Source: a virus
Taxonomy: Duplodnaviria; Caudoviricetes
IMG/VR virus record: IMGVR_UViG_3300027509_000013
Location: 68,000 to 131,999 of that record
Strand: one strand, 5' to 3'
Length of the DNA: 64,000 bases
Part shown: positions 35,134-46,734 of the stretch, piece after piece
How positions within the stretch are numbered: the stretch's first letter is position 1
How the letters are laid out: each line of letters begins with the position of its first letter
The notes under the pieces: generated by a model
What the model saw: the letters and a program-made list of their open reading frames with translations, nothing else
Told to the model about the DNA's origin: nothing
The model's database searches: none
Translations under genes and position numbers: made by a program

Positions 35134-38100
35134 GCGTCGTTTCAAAATATCATTAGACAAGCTAGCGTCATACATTGATTCTAGCTGTAGCAATATTGTT
35201 GTCAAGTGGGATACTCCTGAATGTGGAGATATCAATTGCTTTAAAAATGAAGCCAAAACTCATTTAATTGTTGAAGTCCCAGATTATTGTAATGACACCT
35301 GTTTTTATGGTGTCGTTAGTTGTGAGCACCCATGCGAAGGTGTAAAATCTAAACAAATAAAAGTTTGTCCATGTACTACTGATACTGATTGTAAAGCTTG
35401 TGAAGAGTGTGATCAAAAGTTAGGGTATTGTGTTGATGTTTGTCCAGAAGAACTTTTCTGTTCAGACAATGGATGTGTTGAGTGTGACGACTTAAACCCT
35501 TGCCCAGATGGTAAGGTATGTAATAACGGTTCTTGTGATTGCCCAGCTGATAGGCCTTATGATGTAGATGGTGTTTGTATGCCATGTACGCCTGACACAT
35601 GCCCACCAGGGTATATGTGTACGTCTGAAGGATGTGTGATTATAGAATGTTCTGATGGCTTTGTAGTTCACCCAGATACCAATGAATGTGTTGAGTGTGT
35701 AACTGATTTCCACTGTACAGGAGGAAAGATTTGTACAGACAACGGTTGTGTTTGTCCAGATGGATTCTTTGATTATGGAGATGGAATCTGTGTCCCAATT
35801 GGGTGTACTAGCGATGATGAATGTGGAAAATGTGAAACTTGCGATACTGTTAATGGGCAATGTCTTCCTAAAGCTTGTCCAGATGGGTATTTCTGTCATC
35901 CAGTAACAGGAGAATGTGTAGAAGAGTGTGATTGCTCTAATCCAACTTGTGGCACCAATTCAGCATGTATTCCTGCCGGTAACGGAAAATGTTACTGCAG
36001 TCCATGTAGTGGATCTTGTTTAGATGGAGATTGCGGAGAGGGATGTTATTGTGATCAAGAAAACCAATGTCAAGTAAATACATGTACTGGATCATGTGAA
36101 AATGGTACAGACTGTGGAGATGGTTGCGGATGTAATCAAGATACAAAACAATGTGAGCCTTGTGATAGCGCTACATGTACTGAATGTGGAACACTTTTAG
36201 GGTGTGAATGCGTCGGTAATACTTGTGGTGACTGTGCAGATGGAGAATACGTAACAAGCGTTTCAGACTGTCCACCAGGATATGGATTATATATGGGGCA
36301 GTGTGTATGCTGTAGTAATTTCCCATGTGATCAGTGTGCAGGAGTAATTGGTTGTGAATGTGCAGATGGTGTTAATTGTGGTGGTGGAGATAATTCATGT
36401 GCTGATAAATTTGAAGGAGTAGTATTAGACTGTCCAGATGAAGAGTATTCATGTGCATTAGAAGCATCTTTAGAGCTTAAAGAACAATGTCCATGTCCAG
36501 TAATTACAGCAAGTAGTGTATTTGACAATATAGTTTTCAATCAGTCAGAATATACTTCGGACATCAAAGTAGAGCTTTGGAAAGGATTTGGAGATGCATT
36601 AACTTATCAATCATTAGATAGGTTAGATGATACATCTAGTCCTAATATTGCAGATAATGAAATGCTTGATGATGGAGCAATTAAATTATGTGTAGATGTT
36701 TATTATGACATCTTCGATGCTAATAATAATTATTTGGATTCTAAGATGCAGAGATCATATGAGTCTCCGATTGTATCGATGGCTGATATTGCAGAATATA
36801 CATTCCAAGGAGTACCAGTTAATAGTGTTGGTTCAGTTTATCAATCTGGAATAGTTACTCGAGTTCAGGTATTAATTAAGAAAGTTGATAAGTGGAGATT
36901 CCCGAATACTTGTGAGTATGATGAGGTAAGAACACTTATCACATATGGATTTAGAAATAACACTATGCTAGATGCTAATCTAGGAAGTGGTACTGATAAG
37001 ATCCCAATGGCAGCCAATGTAACAACAGATGATACTAGATATCCATTGTTTACTTGGTATAGGTCTATTGATAATGTATATGATCAAACAGAAATAATTT
37101 ATCAATCTTATATTGGACCAGTAGATGCAGATGGAAAGTATGTGTCTAGACTTTATGGACCAAACAATTGGCCTGCGAATCAGGCGCATCCTTTAAGTGA
37201 TGCGAATCATGAAGGGCTATTAATTCCTAATCGATTCTATTATGTTCAAAATGATTGTGGATGTGAATCAGAAAAAGCATTTGACTTCGGTAAAGTCATT
37301 TTCTGTAATCCATGTGAGGTTAATGGAGAGTTACAGCAATGTGGTAGAACATTGAAAATAAATACTCCATTTGAGCCGTGTAGTGTTAATCAAGATCTGA
37401 CTCAGTTTACTGATATTACTGGAAGTAACTATCCGGTGGCAATAGATGCTCAAACTAAGTGGACTCTATGGATTAATGGAGCAGAGATAACAACATTCGT
37501 TCATAATGGAACATTAGATACAATGGTTGTCGATGGTACTACTAACTCTATGTTTAGCGAGTATACGGCATTAAATCCAAATGAAATAATTACTGAAGCT
37601 TATCTCGAGCAGAATCATGGAGAAGATGGTCAGTGTAGAATACAGTTTGAATTAGAAAGCATAGATTTAGGTGAAGTAGAGAGCACTACTGATTGTAGTG
37701 CAGGTGGAGCAAATAAATATCAATTGACAGTACCTCAAAATCAGCAAGACGGTCAGATTGTAAATGTAAGTCCTTCAGGTCTTGGATCACTTCAATCTGG
37801 AAACTGGATTATTGACTTAAATAAAGGTGAAACTACAACACTTATATTCACTTATGATACTGGATGTACTATAGAGCAATCTTTCTATGAAGAATGCTGT
37901 AGTGATGTTAGTGTTAGTGTAACTTCAAGTGGAGGATGTGGATCTAATGTTCAATTTTCAGCAACAGCTTCTGGAGGAACACCTTCTTATGATATAGTTT
38001 GGTTTGAAAATGGAACAGAAGTAGCTACTGGAAATAATTATTCGCCTGGTGATTCAAGTCAACACACAGTAGAAGCTCAAGTAACTGATGCAACAGGGTG

Positions 38101-40456
38101 TACAGCAAAACAAACACATACAAATCAGGCTACAGATCAACCAGATGTTGAATTCCAAGTTACTGATTTAGATTGTAATAACTCTAATGGAGCTATTACT
38201 GTAACAATTATAGGATATGATCAGTCTGTAGTAACTACATTGAGTTATACTTCATCTACTGTTTCAGGAGGTCAAGGGCCAAGTGGAGTGTTAACAAATT
38301 GGACTAGTGGTGGAGTTAATACAAACATTGGCAATATCAATGAAAAGTCAACTTATACATTCCAGACATTAGTAGTAGGTGATTGTACTTATCAAATAAA
38401 TGAAACAGTTACAGTAAATCCTTCATCTACCGGATCTTTCGGATTGAGTTTAAATGATGGACCTACTTATTGTACAGGAGATACAGTTAATTATGAGATC
38501 ACTGGTCCTGCGGGAGCATCGTTCATAGTAAGCACTCCAGGAGGTTCAGGAAATACATCAGGAACAATTCCAATTAGTGGAACGTCTGGAGGTAATTCTT
38601 TCTCAGGAAGCTTTATAGCTTCTACTGGAGGAAATATAACTGTAAGTGAGAATGGAAGTAATTCAGATTGCCCAATAAATAGCGACACAGAAGTTATTAC
38701 TGTAGAGAGTGGAATTCAAATAACAGTAACGGCAGAGTGTATTGGAGGAATCCAAACACTTACATTTAGTGATTCTGTAGCAAGTGTTCAAGTCACAGCA
38801 GGAAGTGGAACACCTTCTGGAAGCGGAACATCTTGGCAGATAGTTGGTGGTCAAGCAACTGAGATAGCATTTACTCCATTAGTTTTATCTAATTGTAATG
38901 GAAACAATACAGTAGATTTAATGGCATGTGGATGTGCAGCATTTGATATTGATTTAAGTTATACAATAAATGGAGGAACATCTACAGTTTATGATGCAAG
39001 TACGCCAATACCTGCGGCTGATGGAGATACAGTAGTTGTTACTGTAACTAATCCATTAAATTGTACAGATTATACTTGGGATAACTTTACTGGTGGTGGA
39101 GGTGGATTGTCAAATTCATTTACTTATACCTTTAATCCAATAGATGATAATAGAAGTGTGATTGTAACGTGTAATGTAAATGGATCTCCATGTACGACTA
39201 CACTACCTATATTATTTACTGATATTACTGATAGTTGTACACCGCCAAGTAATAGTGATGTAGTCTTAAATGTTGGAGAGTTTAATACTTATGCAGCAGG
39301 GCTGAACATAAATACAAGTGATATTCCTGGTTTCTGTGATAGTGTAGGTAATGATGGATTTGGAACAGCAGGATTCATATTGAATGTAGCAGGAGGTGGA
39401 TCAGAGGCTTATCTGACTCTTGGAACTCAAGGAATGAATGTTCCTGCAGCAGTAGCAAATGGAGTGTTCTTTGAAGCTACATGGGATGCAGGAAGTGGAT
39501 TGCCTACTACATTTAGTGTATCAATTTGTTCTACATTATACCAATGGCCAATTGTATGGAACTGTCCACAGCAGATTAATCTAGAGTTTGCTTCTTCAAG
39601 TCCTGTATCTTGTCAAAGTCAAAATAGTAGTAATGGATCAATAACTGTATCAACACCAACAGGAGGCGATGGAGCACCATATACATATAATTGGGTATTC
39701 CCAGATTTAACTCCTGTTCAAACAAATGGACCAACTATAACAGGTCTTAATCAGTCTGGAACTTATACAGTTTATGCGGAGGATGCTAGTGGAAATATAA
39801 GTCAAACAGTTACTATTAATTTATCTGATCTGAATAATTGCAATTGCGTAGAAGTAGACCTTGGAGTTGATGGAACATTTGATAATTGCGCAACAACAGT
39901 AGCCAACACTGGAAGTGCCTGTAGCCTTGGAAATAACGGAACACCTTGTTTAGATACTTGTGATAATTGGTCTAATGTTGGAGGTACTGCTGATATATTA
40001 GGTCCTGAAAACAATGTACATGGCCCTGCAAATGTAAATGAGCTTGCTCCAGGATTTGTACATAATTCTAATTTTGCAGGAGCTTTAGCAACGGAATTTG
40101 GAACTAGAGAAGGGTTTAGTACAGAAATAACTGTAATAGCAGGAAAGTGTTATCAAGTATGTTTTGATATGGGAAGTCTTTCTGCAATAACTAATGGAGG
40201 TTTAATAAGAACATCTAGCGGAGGATGGGAGGTTTCTTTAAATGGAAACACACTTCAAACATCGCCTGTAACATTTGATGGTGTAGGTTCTCAATCATTC
40301 AGTAATGCTTGTCTTAATTTTACTGCCGCAGTTTCAGGTACTGTAGATTTAATATTTACTGCATACACTGTGGCAAATATTGATTCAAGTGGTTCTTATA
40401 TGGGTATTGACAATATCGTTGTTACTCAAAAAGATAATTGTACAGATAATTGTTAA
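35126..40456 (+). CDS. giant fibre/adhesin with Cys-rich EGF-like repeats and PKD/SprB-like domains
   Basis: N-terminal ~430 aa of CxxxxxC repeats; GGTPSY and GGDGAPYTYNW motifs; carbohydrate-binding-like C-terminus. Confidence 0.85.
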   Translation: MDKRRFKISLDKLASYIDSSCSNIVVKWDTPECGDINCFKNEAKTHLIVEVPDYCNDTCFYGVVSCEHPCEGVKSKQIKVCPCTTDTDCKACEECDQKLGYCVDVCPEELFCSDNGCVECDDLNPCPDGKVCNNGSCDCPADRPYDVDGVCMPCTPDTCPPGYMCTSEGCVIIECSDGFVVHPDTNECVECVTDFHCTGGKICTDNGCVCPDGFFDYGDGICVPIGCTSDDECGKCETCDTVNGQCLPKACPDGYFCHPVTGECVEECDCSNPTCGTNSACIPAGNGKCYCSPCSGSCLDGDCGEGCYCDQENQCQVNTCTGSCENGTDCGDGCGCNQDTKQCEPCDSATCTECGTLLGCECVGNTCGDCADGEYVTSVSDCPPGYGLYMGQCVCCSNFPCDQCAGVIGCECADGVNCGGGDNSCADKFEGVVLDCPDEEYSCALEASLELKEQCPCPVITASSVFDNIVFNQSEYTSDIKVELWKGFGDALTYQSLDRLDDTSSPNIADNEMLDDGAIKLCVDVYYDIFDANNNYLDSKMQRSYESPIVSMADIAEYTFQGVPVNSVGSVYQSGIVTRVQVLIKKVDKWRFPNTCEYDEVRTLITYGFRNNTMLDANLGSGTDKIPMAANVTTDDTRYPLFTWYRSIDNVYDQTEIIYQSYIGPVDADGKYVSRLYGPNNWPANQAHPLSDANHEGLLIPNRFYYVQNDCGCESEKAFDFGKVIFCNPCEVNGELQQCGRTLKINTPFEPCSVNQDLTQFTDITGSNYPVAIDAQTKWTLWINGAEITTFVHNGTLDTMVVDGTTNSMFSEYTALNPNEIITEAYLEQNHGEDGQCRIQFELESIDLGEVESTTDCSAGGANKYQLTVPQNQQDGQIVNVSPSGLGSLQSGNWIIDLNKGETTTLIFTYDTGCTIEQSFYEECCSDVSVSVTSSGGCGSNVQFSATASGGTPSYDIVWFENGTEVATGNNYSPGDSSQHTVEAQVTDATGCTAKQTHTNQATDQPDVEFQVTDLDCNNSNGAITVTIIGYDQSVVTTLSYTSSTVSGGQGPSGVLTNWTSGGVNTNIGNINEKSTYTFQTLVVGDCTYQINETVTVNPSSTGSFGLSLNDGPTYCTGDTVNYEITGPAGASFIVSTPGGSGNTSGTIPISGTSGGNSFSGSFIASTGGNITVSENGSNSDCPINSDTEVITVESGIQITVTAECIGGIQTLTFSDSVASVQVTAGSGTPSGSGTSWQIVGGQATEIAFTPLVLSNCNGNNTVDLMACGCAAFDIDLSYTINGGTSTVYDASTPIPAADGDTVVVTVTNPLNCTDYTWDNFTGGGGGLSNSFTYTFNPIDDNRSVIVTCNVNGSPCTTTLPILFTDITDSCTPPSNSDVVLNVGEFNTYAAGLNINTSDIPGFCDSVGNDGFGTAGFILNVAGGGSEAYLTLGTQGMNVPAAVANGVFFEATWDAGSGLPTTFSVSICSTLYQWPIVWNCPQQINLEFASSSPVSCQSQNSSNGSITVSTPTGGDGAPYTYNWVFPDLTPVQTNGPTITGLNQSGTYTVYAEDASGNISQTVTINLSDLNNCNCVEVDLGVDGTFDNCATTVANTGSACSLGNNGTPCLDTCDNWSNVGGTADILGPENNVHGPANVNELAPGFVHNSNFAGALATEFGTREGFSTEITVIAGKCYQVCFDMGSLSAITNGGLIRTSSGGWEVSLNGNTLQTSPVTFDGVGSQSFSNACLNFTAAVSGTVDLIFTAYTVANIDSSGSYMGIDNIVVTQKDNCTDNC

Positions 40457-40459
40457 AAC

Positions 40460-40816
40460 ATGAATTATACAGAAGATATAATAAACGTAATAGGACCTGA
40501 TTACAGACCTAATCAGGATACACCGAGTCCCTTTATATTCAACTTCACATGGAGTACTACCATTGATGTTAATCACGAAGAAGATCCTATCGGTTTTGAG
40601 GATGAGTATTACAGAGCATTTATTGATAAGATAAATGAGAAGAGAGATAAGTTTAAAACTGGAAGAATAATACAGAGACAGGTATTCTTTAATAGAACAG
40701 CGCATGTTTATGAAGGATATCACTATCAGTTAGTAGCGACGAAAAACCAAGACGGTTCGACCGCAATAACATTTTTTGCAGCAATAGAGGTTCCATTTGG
40801 TGACCTCCCAAAATAA
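40460..40816 (+). CDS. hypothetical protein
   Basis: 118-aa ORF. Confidence 0.7.
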   Translation: MNYTEDIINVIGPDYRPNQDTPSPFIFNFTWSTTIDVNHEEDPIGFEDEYYRAFIDKINEKRDKFKTGRIIQRQVFFNRTAHVYEGYHYQLVATKNQDGSTAITFFAAIEVPFGDLPK

Positions 40817-40825
40817 GGTTAGAAT

Positions 40826-42568
40826 ATGTGTAGACCATGTGGATATAGTTATGTGACAAATAGTAAGCCAGTATGCGACAATTGCATATGGGCTCCAAGT
40901 TTGATGTGGAACTGCGATGATGGGCCAAACCCTGGACAACCATGGGATTTGTTTAACATCTTAACAGAGTCAGGATATGAATTGCCTGAAGGCAATTGGG
41001 AGTTTAAACTTATTAGTTTTGATCACCAAGGATTTTCAAGTGTTAGCATCGATGCAGCATCTGGAGATGTTGATGTCGTAATGACAAATACTTACATTAA
41101 GAGAAAGTATTATAAGATCAACTATAAAATAGTAGAGATTGATGGGACTAGATCAAGTAGTGGATGTATTGAAATATGTACTAAGAATCAGTGTTTAGAT
41201 TGCGAAGGAGAGTGTGATCCACTTACAGCAGATTGTCTTGTCGGCCACGATGTTTATATCGATGCTGAATGCAACTATACAAATACAGTTGATGTCTCAT
41301 CATGGGATTATGACAATTGGGTTATAAATAGCTCGAATGGTTGTGTAGCCAATGTTTTACTTTCAGCGAATGTATTGACTTTTGATACAGTAGGATGTCA
41401 ACCAGGTGCTAATTCATTTGAGTTATCACTGTACAGAGGCTGTTTAGTTAAGAATGTAACTATTAATTTCGAGATAAAAGATAAGTGTATTCATGTTCCG
41501 CAGGGTTATGTATGTGACTCATGTAGTGGAGCAATGATTAAAACAGAAGGGGGAGATTATGATGCTCCAGGATCTCACCCAGTATACACAGAAGTAATTG
41601 GATGTGATGATGCAGAAGTTTATACTGTATTGACTGCTGATGAAACATTAGTGTCGAATGTAGTAGTTACATCAAGTGGAATCACATACGATATCGTTTG
41701 TAGTGATCAGCTTCCAACTACTACAAAAGTAGTATATGAAGTTTCAGCTTGTGGAGCTTCGACTACTGGATTCTACAATCTGAATTTAGACTTATGTGCT
41801 AATTCTAATTGTGGTCCAAATGAAGTATGTAATCCATGTACTGGTTTATGTGAAGAAGTTTGTCCAGTAGTTACAGTAGGAGTAAAGCCTGTTATTTCAA
41901 GTGGTGTATTAAATGACACATTTCAGGGAGTAACAAATACGGCAGATTGTCCTACAAAGATGCCGCCAGTAGTAATAACGCCACCAAATCCAATTTCACC
42001 AGTAACAATAGGTGTAAGCGAAGAGGTATGTAATACAGAAGGAGGACTTAATCCATGTGACAATGTAGTACTTCCAGATGATTGCCCATGTTGGGAGTGT
42101 AAAGTAGAGAATGGTAAGCCAGTTCTCTATAAGGCAGAAGAAGTATGGGATGATAGTATTCTTGATGAAGTTTGTGAAGGAGATCTGTTTACGATATTTG
42201 GAACATGTGGAACACCGAAACAAGGGTTTGGCCGAAGAGCTGAAGTATGGGACGAGTCTTGTCTTGATGACATTTGCTGTGAAGATACGGTAACACTTAT
42301 TGGAACTTGTAATACTTCTAAAGTATACAAAGGAAGGAAAACAGAAGTTTGGGATACGGGTGACTTATCTAAAGTCTGTGGAGCTAAAGAGTACACAAGT
42401 AATTGTGGAAACATAAAGATATTCAATGGAACAATGGTCGAAGTTTGGGATACGAGTAATATTGATTTAACTAAGCTTTGTGATAATGATACAGTTTGTG
42501 TTTTTGGAAGTTGTGGTACTCCAAAAGAGTTTAGGGGAGAAAAACCATGCTTTACCGCTGAAATTTAA
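40826..42568 (+). CDS. Cys-rich structural protein with four C-terminal EVWD repeats
   Basis: Four tandem ~33-aa EVWD...C...CG repeats. Confidence 0.8.
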   Translation: MCRPCGYSYVTNSKPVCDNCIWAPSLMWNCDDGPNPGQPWDLFNILTESGYELPEGNWEFKLISFDHQGFSSVSIDAASGDVDVVMTNTYIKRKYYKINYKIVEIDGTRSSSGCIEICTKNQCLDCEGECDPLTADCLVGHDVYIDAECNYTNTVDVSSWDYDNWVINSSNGCVANVLLSANVLTFDTVGCQPGANSFELSLYRGCLVKNVTINFEIKDKCIHVPQGYVCDSCSGAMIKTEGGDYDAPGSHPVYTEVIGCDDAEVYTVLTADETLVSNVVVTSSGITYDIVCSDQLPTTTKVVYEVSACGASTTGFYNLNLDLCANSNCGPNEVCNPCTGLCEEVCPVVTVGVKPVISSGVLNDTFQGVTNTADCPTKMPPVVITPPNPISPVTIGVSEEVCNTEGGLNPCDNVVLPDDCPCWECKVENGKPVLYKAEEVWDDSILDEVCEGDLFTIFGTCGTPKQGFGRRAEVWDESCLDDICCEDTVTLIGTCNTSKVYKGRKTEVWDTGDLSKVCGAKEYTSNCGNIKIFNGTMVEVWDTSNIDLTKLCDNDTVCVFGSCGTPKEFRGEKPCFTAEI

Positions 42569-42631
42569 TCGAGTTTGACGACTATTGCGATTAAAAACGT
42601 TAGATAATAATAGGACAAATAAATAGATACA

Positions 42632-45600
42632 ATGGCAAATTTAGTAAGTAACGGAAATAAATGGTGCAGAAAAGTACCAATTCAGTTAGATCAGATAGCA
42701 GGAGCTACATCTACTGTTTTCAATAACTTCTCTGTAGATATTCCAAATCTTAATGGACTTGAAATATCAAGTAACAGTCTTACAGATGCTTCAGGAAATG
42801 TTATTAATGGAACCATCAATGGCGAATCAATAGAGTTTGGAGATTTGCCATATGGCTGCTACGAATTGAGTTACTGCTTAACGGTAGTTGATGCTACAGT
42901 TATTGAGTGTCCAATAGTTAGAGCCGTTGTAGTGAATTACGACAACTGTCCAGATGGCGAGAATAAGAGTGCAGGAACATTCTATCAAGACTGTAATGAT
43001 TGCTCATCTGCAGCAGATTGTTTGGCGGCTCAGTTTACTGACGGATCGCCAGTACCTGGTTCAGGTACTCTTAATGATCCATGGGTCTTCCCATTACCAA
43101 GCGGACCTATTGTAATTGAGGGAGGTAATAATGTAGACGTAGTATATGATAATGATACATTAACATGGACAGTAAACGGTTGCTGTACAACATTTAACGC
43201 TGCTACAGGAGAGTTAACAAATAACTTCGCCGATGGAACATCAACAACTAATGTAATAACAACAAATATTACAGCAGGAAATAACATAACTATTACTGGA
43301 ACAGGGACACCTTCTGATCCAATTGTAGTTAATGGTTGTTGTGTAAGTTATGACCCTTTAACAGGAGACTTAACAATAACAGATGCTCAAGGAAACGATA
43401 CAGTTGTAAGCCTTGTAGTAAATGTAACTTCAACAGGAGATACAGTAGTTGTAACAAACCCCACTCCAGGAACTTTCAATGTGGAAGTTAGGACAGACCT
43501 AGAGTTAACTAACAACAATAATGGTACAACAACATATGTATTTACACATCCAGATGGAACTACCACAACAGCTTGTTATAAAAACTGTGATGTAGGAACA
43601 GCAGATGCTGTAGATGGATCTCATAACATAACTTGTGGACCAAACTTTATTGATGTAAAACCAACAGGACCAGATATTCCATGTACATTTGGTGTAACAA
43701 CTTATGAACTTGTAAGTAATACACCAGGTATTACAGCAATTGATATAGGAAACGGAGTTTTTGTTGTAGAGCCAGAAGATTGTTCTGACCCTTTTGCAGG
43801 AACAGAGAATTTAGTTTACAATATACTATGTGATGGAAATGTTGTAGATACGGCAACAGAATTTTTCTCACAGGATGTACAAGGAGATCTCAAAGTAGCA
43901 AAAGATTTCTCGGTAGACTATGCTGAAACAGGAGACACTATTCAGATAGTACTTATAGCAGAGAATGTTGGTCCTGGACCGATTACACTAGTACAATTAA
44001 CGGATGCTTTAGCACCCAACTTTACTTACTCATCAGATGATGGTGGGTCTCAAGGAACAACAAGTAATCCTGGACCATTCACATGGGACGTAGGAAATTT
44101 AGCAGTTGGACAAGTAGAGACATTAGTTATTAATGTTATAGTTGCAGCAGCCGCAGGATTTGGTAACTTACCAAACACAGTGATTGGAACATCTCCAGAT
44201 GATCCTAATGATGCTTATGGTAGCGATGTAATAATTGAAACACCGGAAGTATTAACAGACTTAGCAATAACTAAAACAGCAGATGTAACAGAAACAATAC
44301 CAGGAGGTACTGTGACATTTACAATAACTGTTGTGAATAATGGCCCAGCTACATCAACAGGATTTACAGTAGAAGACGTATTTGATGCTAATTATACAAA
44401 CTTAGCTTCGGCATCACCAGGAGTTACATTCTCTGGAAATACTCTAACTTGGAATAACAATATTCCACTTCCTGCGACACAAACATTAAGTATAACAGTA
44501 ACAGCAGAAATAGCAGATACAGCAGCAGGAACAATACCTAACGTATCTACCATTACAGACAGTAATGAAAATGATCCAGTATCATCAAATGATACAGATA
44601 ACCAAGATGTAAGGGTGTTAGAGAGTGATATGAGTATCACTAAGACATTTATTGCACCACCTGAAAGCAGGGTGACAACAGGAGAGCCTAATGATGATGG
44701 TGAGGTTACATTAACTTTTTCTCAAACTAAGGCGGGATCAGCAATAACAACTTGTGAGTGTACAAGAGTGGAGTTTGAATTATTTCAAGCTGGAATACCT
44801 GTTTATGCAGAAATACAAGGAGATTTATGCACACCAGTTGAAAATTGGACATCTGTTACTGGATTTGATATAACTCCTTATGTGAGTGGTTCTGCAAGTG
44901 ACGGAGGTGTAGTTGTTTTTGCGAAAGAACAGTGGGCTCTAGATAGTGGCTACAACGAATTAGATGGAGCTAATCAATTCCAAAATATAATTGTACACAC
45001 CTATGTTGGTGGTAACGGTTGTGGAACAATCAATGACTGTCCGATTGAATCAAGTAATGTAGATAATTCTGACAGGATATGTAGAACACTAATAACGGGG
45101 TCAGATAACCAAGCGTTTTTAGTAGCAAGTGATGATGGCATAACTAAAACATTTAGTAATTATTCTCAGCCATATTCATCACCAACAAATCCAAATTCTG
45201 GAATATTGGGTAGTATTATTCAATCTCCAAGTAGTAATAGTGTGATTAGATTGACTAACACTAATGGACCAGCTGGAAACTGCCCTAGTGGTGGATACTG
45301 GGATGTTATACATTTAGCTTCAGATGTAATTACGTTAGTAGAAGTTGGTTTAACGGGTTCTGCGGACATTACATCATCAGTAGTTTTAACAAATATAGGA
45401 CCAGGTGTATGGAATTATCCAAATGAGATAGGTCCAGCGGTAGTCTCATTGCTTCCTTCATTAAAGCCTTTACCCACTCTTGTAGGGTCTATTAATAATC
45501 CGGCAAACTTAGTTTGTGACGGTCAGGTAGTTAATTGGATGAAGTTCGCAAATTGCTTTGACGTAGGTGAAACTTTGGTTTACCCTAATGACTTGCATTT

Positions 45601-45664
45601 TACTCATAGTGAGGGTGGAAATACTGAAATAATTCTTAATGTAAACTTCCTCTACGGTTACTAA
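42632..45664 (+). CDS. fibre protein with DUF11 (Ig-like) domains
   Basis: DLKVAKD and DLAITKTAD...FTITVVNNGP repeats. Confidence 0.85.
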   Translation: MANLVSNGNKWCRKVPIQLDQIAGATSTVFNNFSVDIPNLNGLEISSNSLTDASGNVINGTINGESIEFGDLPYGCYELSYCLTVVDATVIECPIVRAVVVNYDNCPDGENKSAGTFYQDCNDCSSAADCLAAQFTDGSPVPGSGTLNDPWVFPLPSGPIVIEGGNNVDVVYDNDTLTWTVNGCCTTFNAATGELTNNFADGTSTTNVITTNITAGNNITITGTGTPSDPIVVNGCCVSYDPLTGDLTITDAQGNDTVVSLVVNVTSTGDTVVVTNPTPGTFNVEVRTDLELTNNNNGTTTYVFTHPDGTTTTACYKNCDVGTADAVDGSHNITCGPNFIDVKPTGPDIPCTFGVTTYELVSNTPGITAIDIGNGVFVVEPEDCSDPFAGTENLVYNILCDGNVVDTATEFFSQDVQGDLKVAKDFSVDYAETGDTIQIVLIAENVGPGPITLVQLTDALAPNFTYSSDDGGSQGTTSNPGPFTWDVGNLAVGQVETLVINVIVAAAAGFGNLPNTVIGTSPDDPNDAYGSDVIIETPEVLTDLAITKTADVTETIPGGTVTFTITVVNNGPATSTGFTVEDVFDANYTNLASASPGVTFSGNTLTWNNNIPLPATQTLSITVTAEIADTAAGTIPNVSTITDSNENDPVSSNDTDNQDVRVLESDMSITKTFIAPPESRVTTGEPNDDGEVTLTFSQTKAGSAITTCECTRVEFELFQAGIPVYAEIQGDLCTPVENWTSVTGFDITPYVSGSASDGGVVVFAKEQWALDSGYNELDGANQFQNIIVHTYVGGNGCGTINDCPIESSNVDNSDRICRTLITGSDNQAFLVASDDGITKTFSNYSQPYSSPTNPNSGILGSIIQSPSSNSVIRLTNTNGPAGNCPSGGYWDVIHLASDVITLVEVGLTGSADITSSVVLTNIGPGVWNYPNEIGPAVVSLLPSLKPLPTLVGSINNPANLVCDGQVVNWMKFANCFDVGETLVYPNDLHFTHSEGGNTEIILNVNFLYGY

Positions 45665-45683
45665 TAAATAATAAAAGACAAAA

Positions 45684-46667
45684 ATGAATTATATAAATAA
45701 TACAGTCTGCTGGGAAATAGCAGTAACAAATAATGGACCAGATGACAACACAAATGTAGTTGTAACAGAGTCTTTACCTACAGAGTTAACCTTTGTATCA
45801 GCCACTATTAGTGGTACAGCTACAGCAGTGCCTTATGATACAGGAACAGGAGTTCTTACAGTAGGTAATGTAGCAGATGGAGCTACAGTAAACATCACAT
45901 TTTGTGCAGAGATTACAGGAGGAGCAGGAACAACAGTAACTAACTCAGCATCCGTAAGTGGAGATAACGCTGATACAGTGACTACTGATAACTCAGATGA
46001 TGATGAATTAGTAATTGAGGCAGTAGTTACAGGAAACGATGCTTGTAACTGCGTAGGGAGTCTTGAAACACAAGGAATGTCGGAAGGTTCACTTGCAGTA
46101 AATGGGGCTTTATGGGGAGGGCAGCCCCCTGCAGTTTCAGGTATAGCAGTGAGTTCATATACTTTCCCTATTACTGTTACATATACAATAAATGGAGGGA
46201 ATGTTATCACTCAAACGTATACTATGCCAGGACCATTTACAGACCCTAACATAGGAGTAGGCGATTTGGTAGAGTATGTAGTGACTAATAGTACAGGAAC
46301 TTTATATACAGGTGTCTACACTGAGTCAGCATCTGGGTCAGGGGGATATTTAAAAGGTCAAGGTATAACGCCAACTAATCTAATAAATAATTGTGCAACA
46401 GGAGGGGGTATAGATTTAGAAGTTAGATTTTATACAAACGTAGATTCTTCTGTAGGAGATAATGGAGAGACTGTTGAAGTCAGTTATGATGGAGGTACAA
46501 CATACATCCCTTATACACCAAGTGGAGGTGGAGGAACAGGTTTTGATGTCCATACTTTTACATCAATTACTTTACCATTTGTAGGAGCTATTTATACAAG
46601 AGTGTTAGATTCAAGCGGAAACTTGCTTCAAGAGCAGGGTCAATACGCAAACATAGCTGACTGTTAG
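45684..46667 (+). CDS. DUF11-domain protein lacking the first beta-strand
   Basis: Begins WEIAVTNNGPDDNTNVVVTESLP. Confidence 0.8.
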   Translation: MNYINNTVCWEIAVTNNGPDDNTNVVVTESLPTELTFVSATISGTATAVPYDTGTGVLTVGNVADGATVNITFCAEITGGAGTTVTNSASVSGDNADTVTTDNSDDDELVIEAVVTGNDACNCVGSLETQGMSEGSLAVNGALWGGQPPAVSGIAVSSYTFPITVTYTINGGNVITQTYTMPGPFTDPNIGVGDLVEYVVTNSTGTLYTGVYTESASGSGGYLKGQGITPTNLINNCATGGGIDLEVRFYTNVDSSVGDNGETVEVSYDGGTTYIPYTPSGGGGTGFDVHTFTSITLPFVGAIYTRVLDSSGNLLQEQGQYANIADC

Positions 46668-46734
46668 AAACATAATAATAACAAATGAAGTGTAATAGTT
46701 GCGGATGCCCAGTTGTAAAGTAGTATAGATTAAA

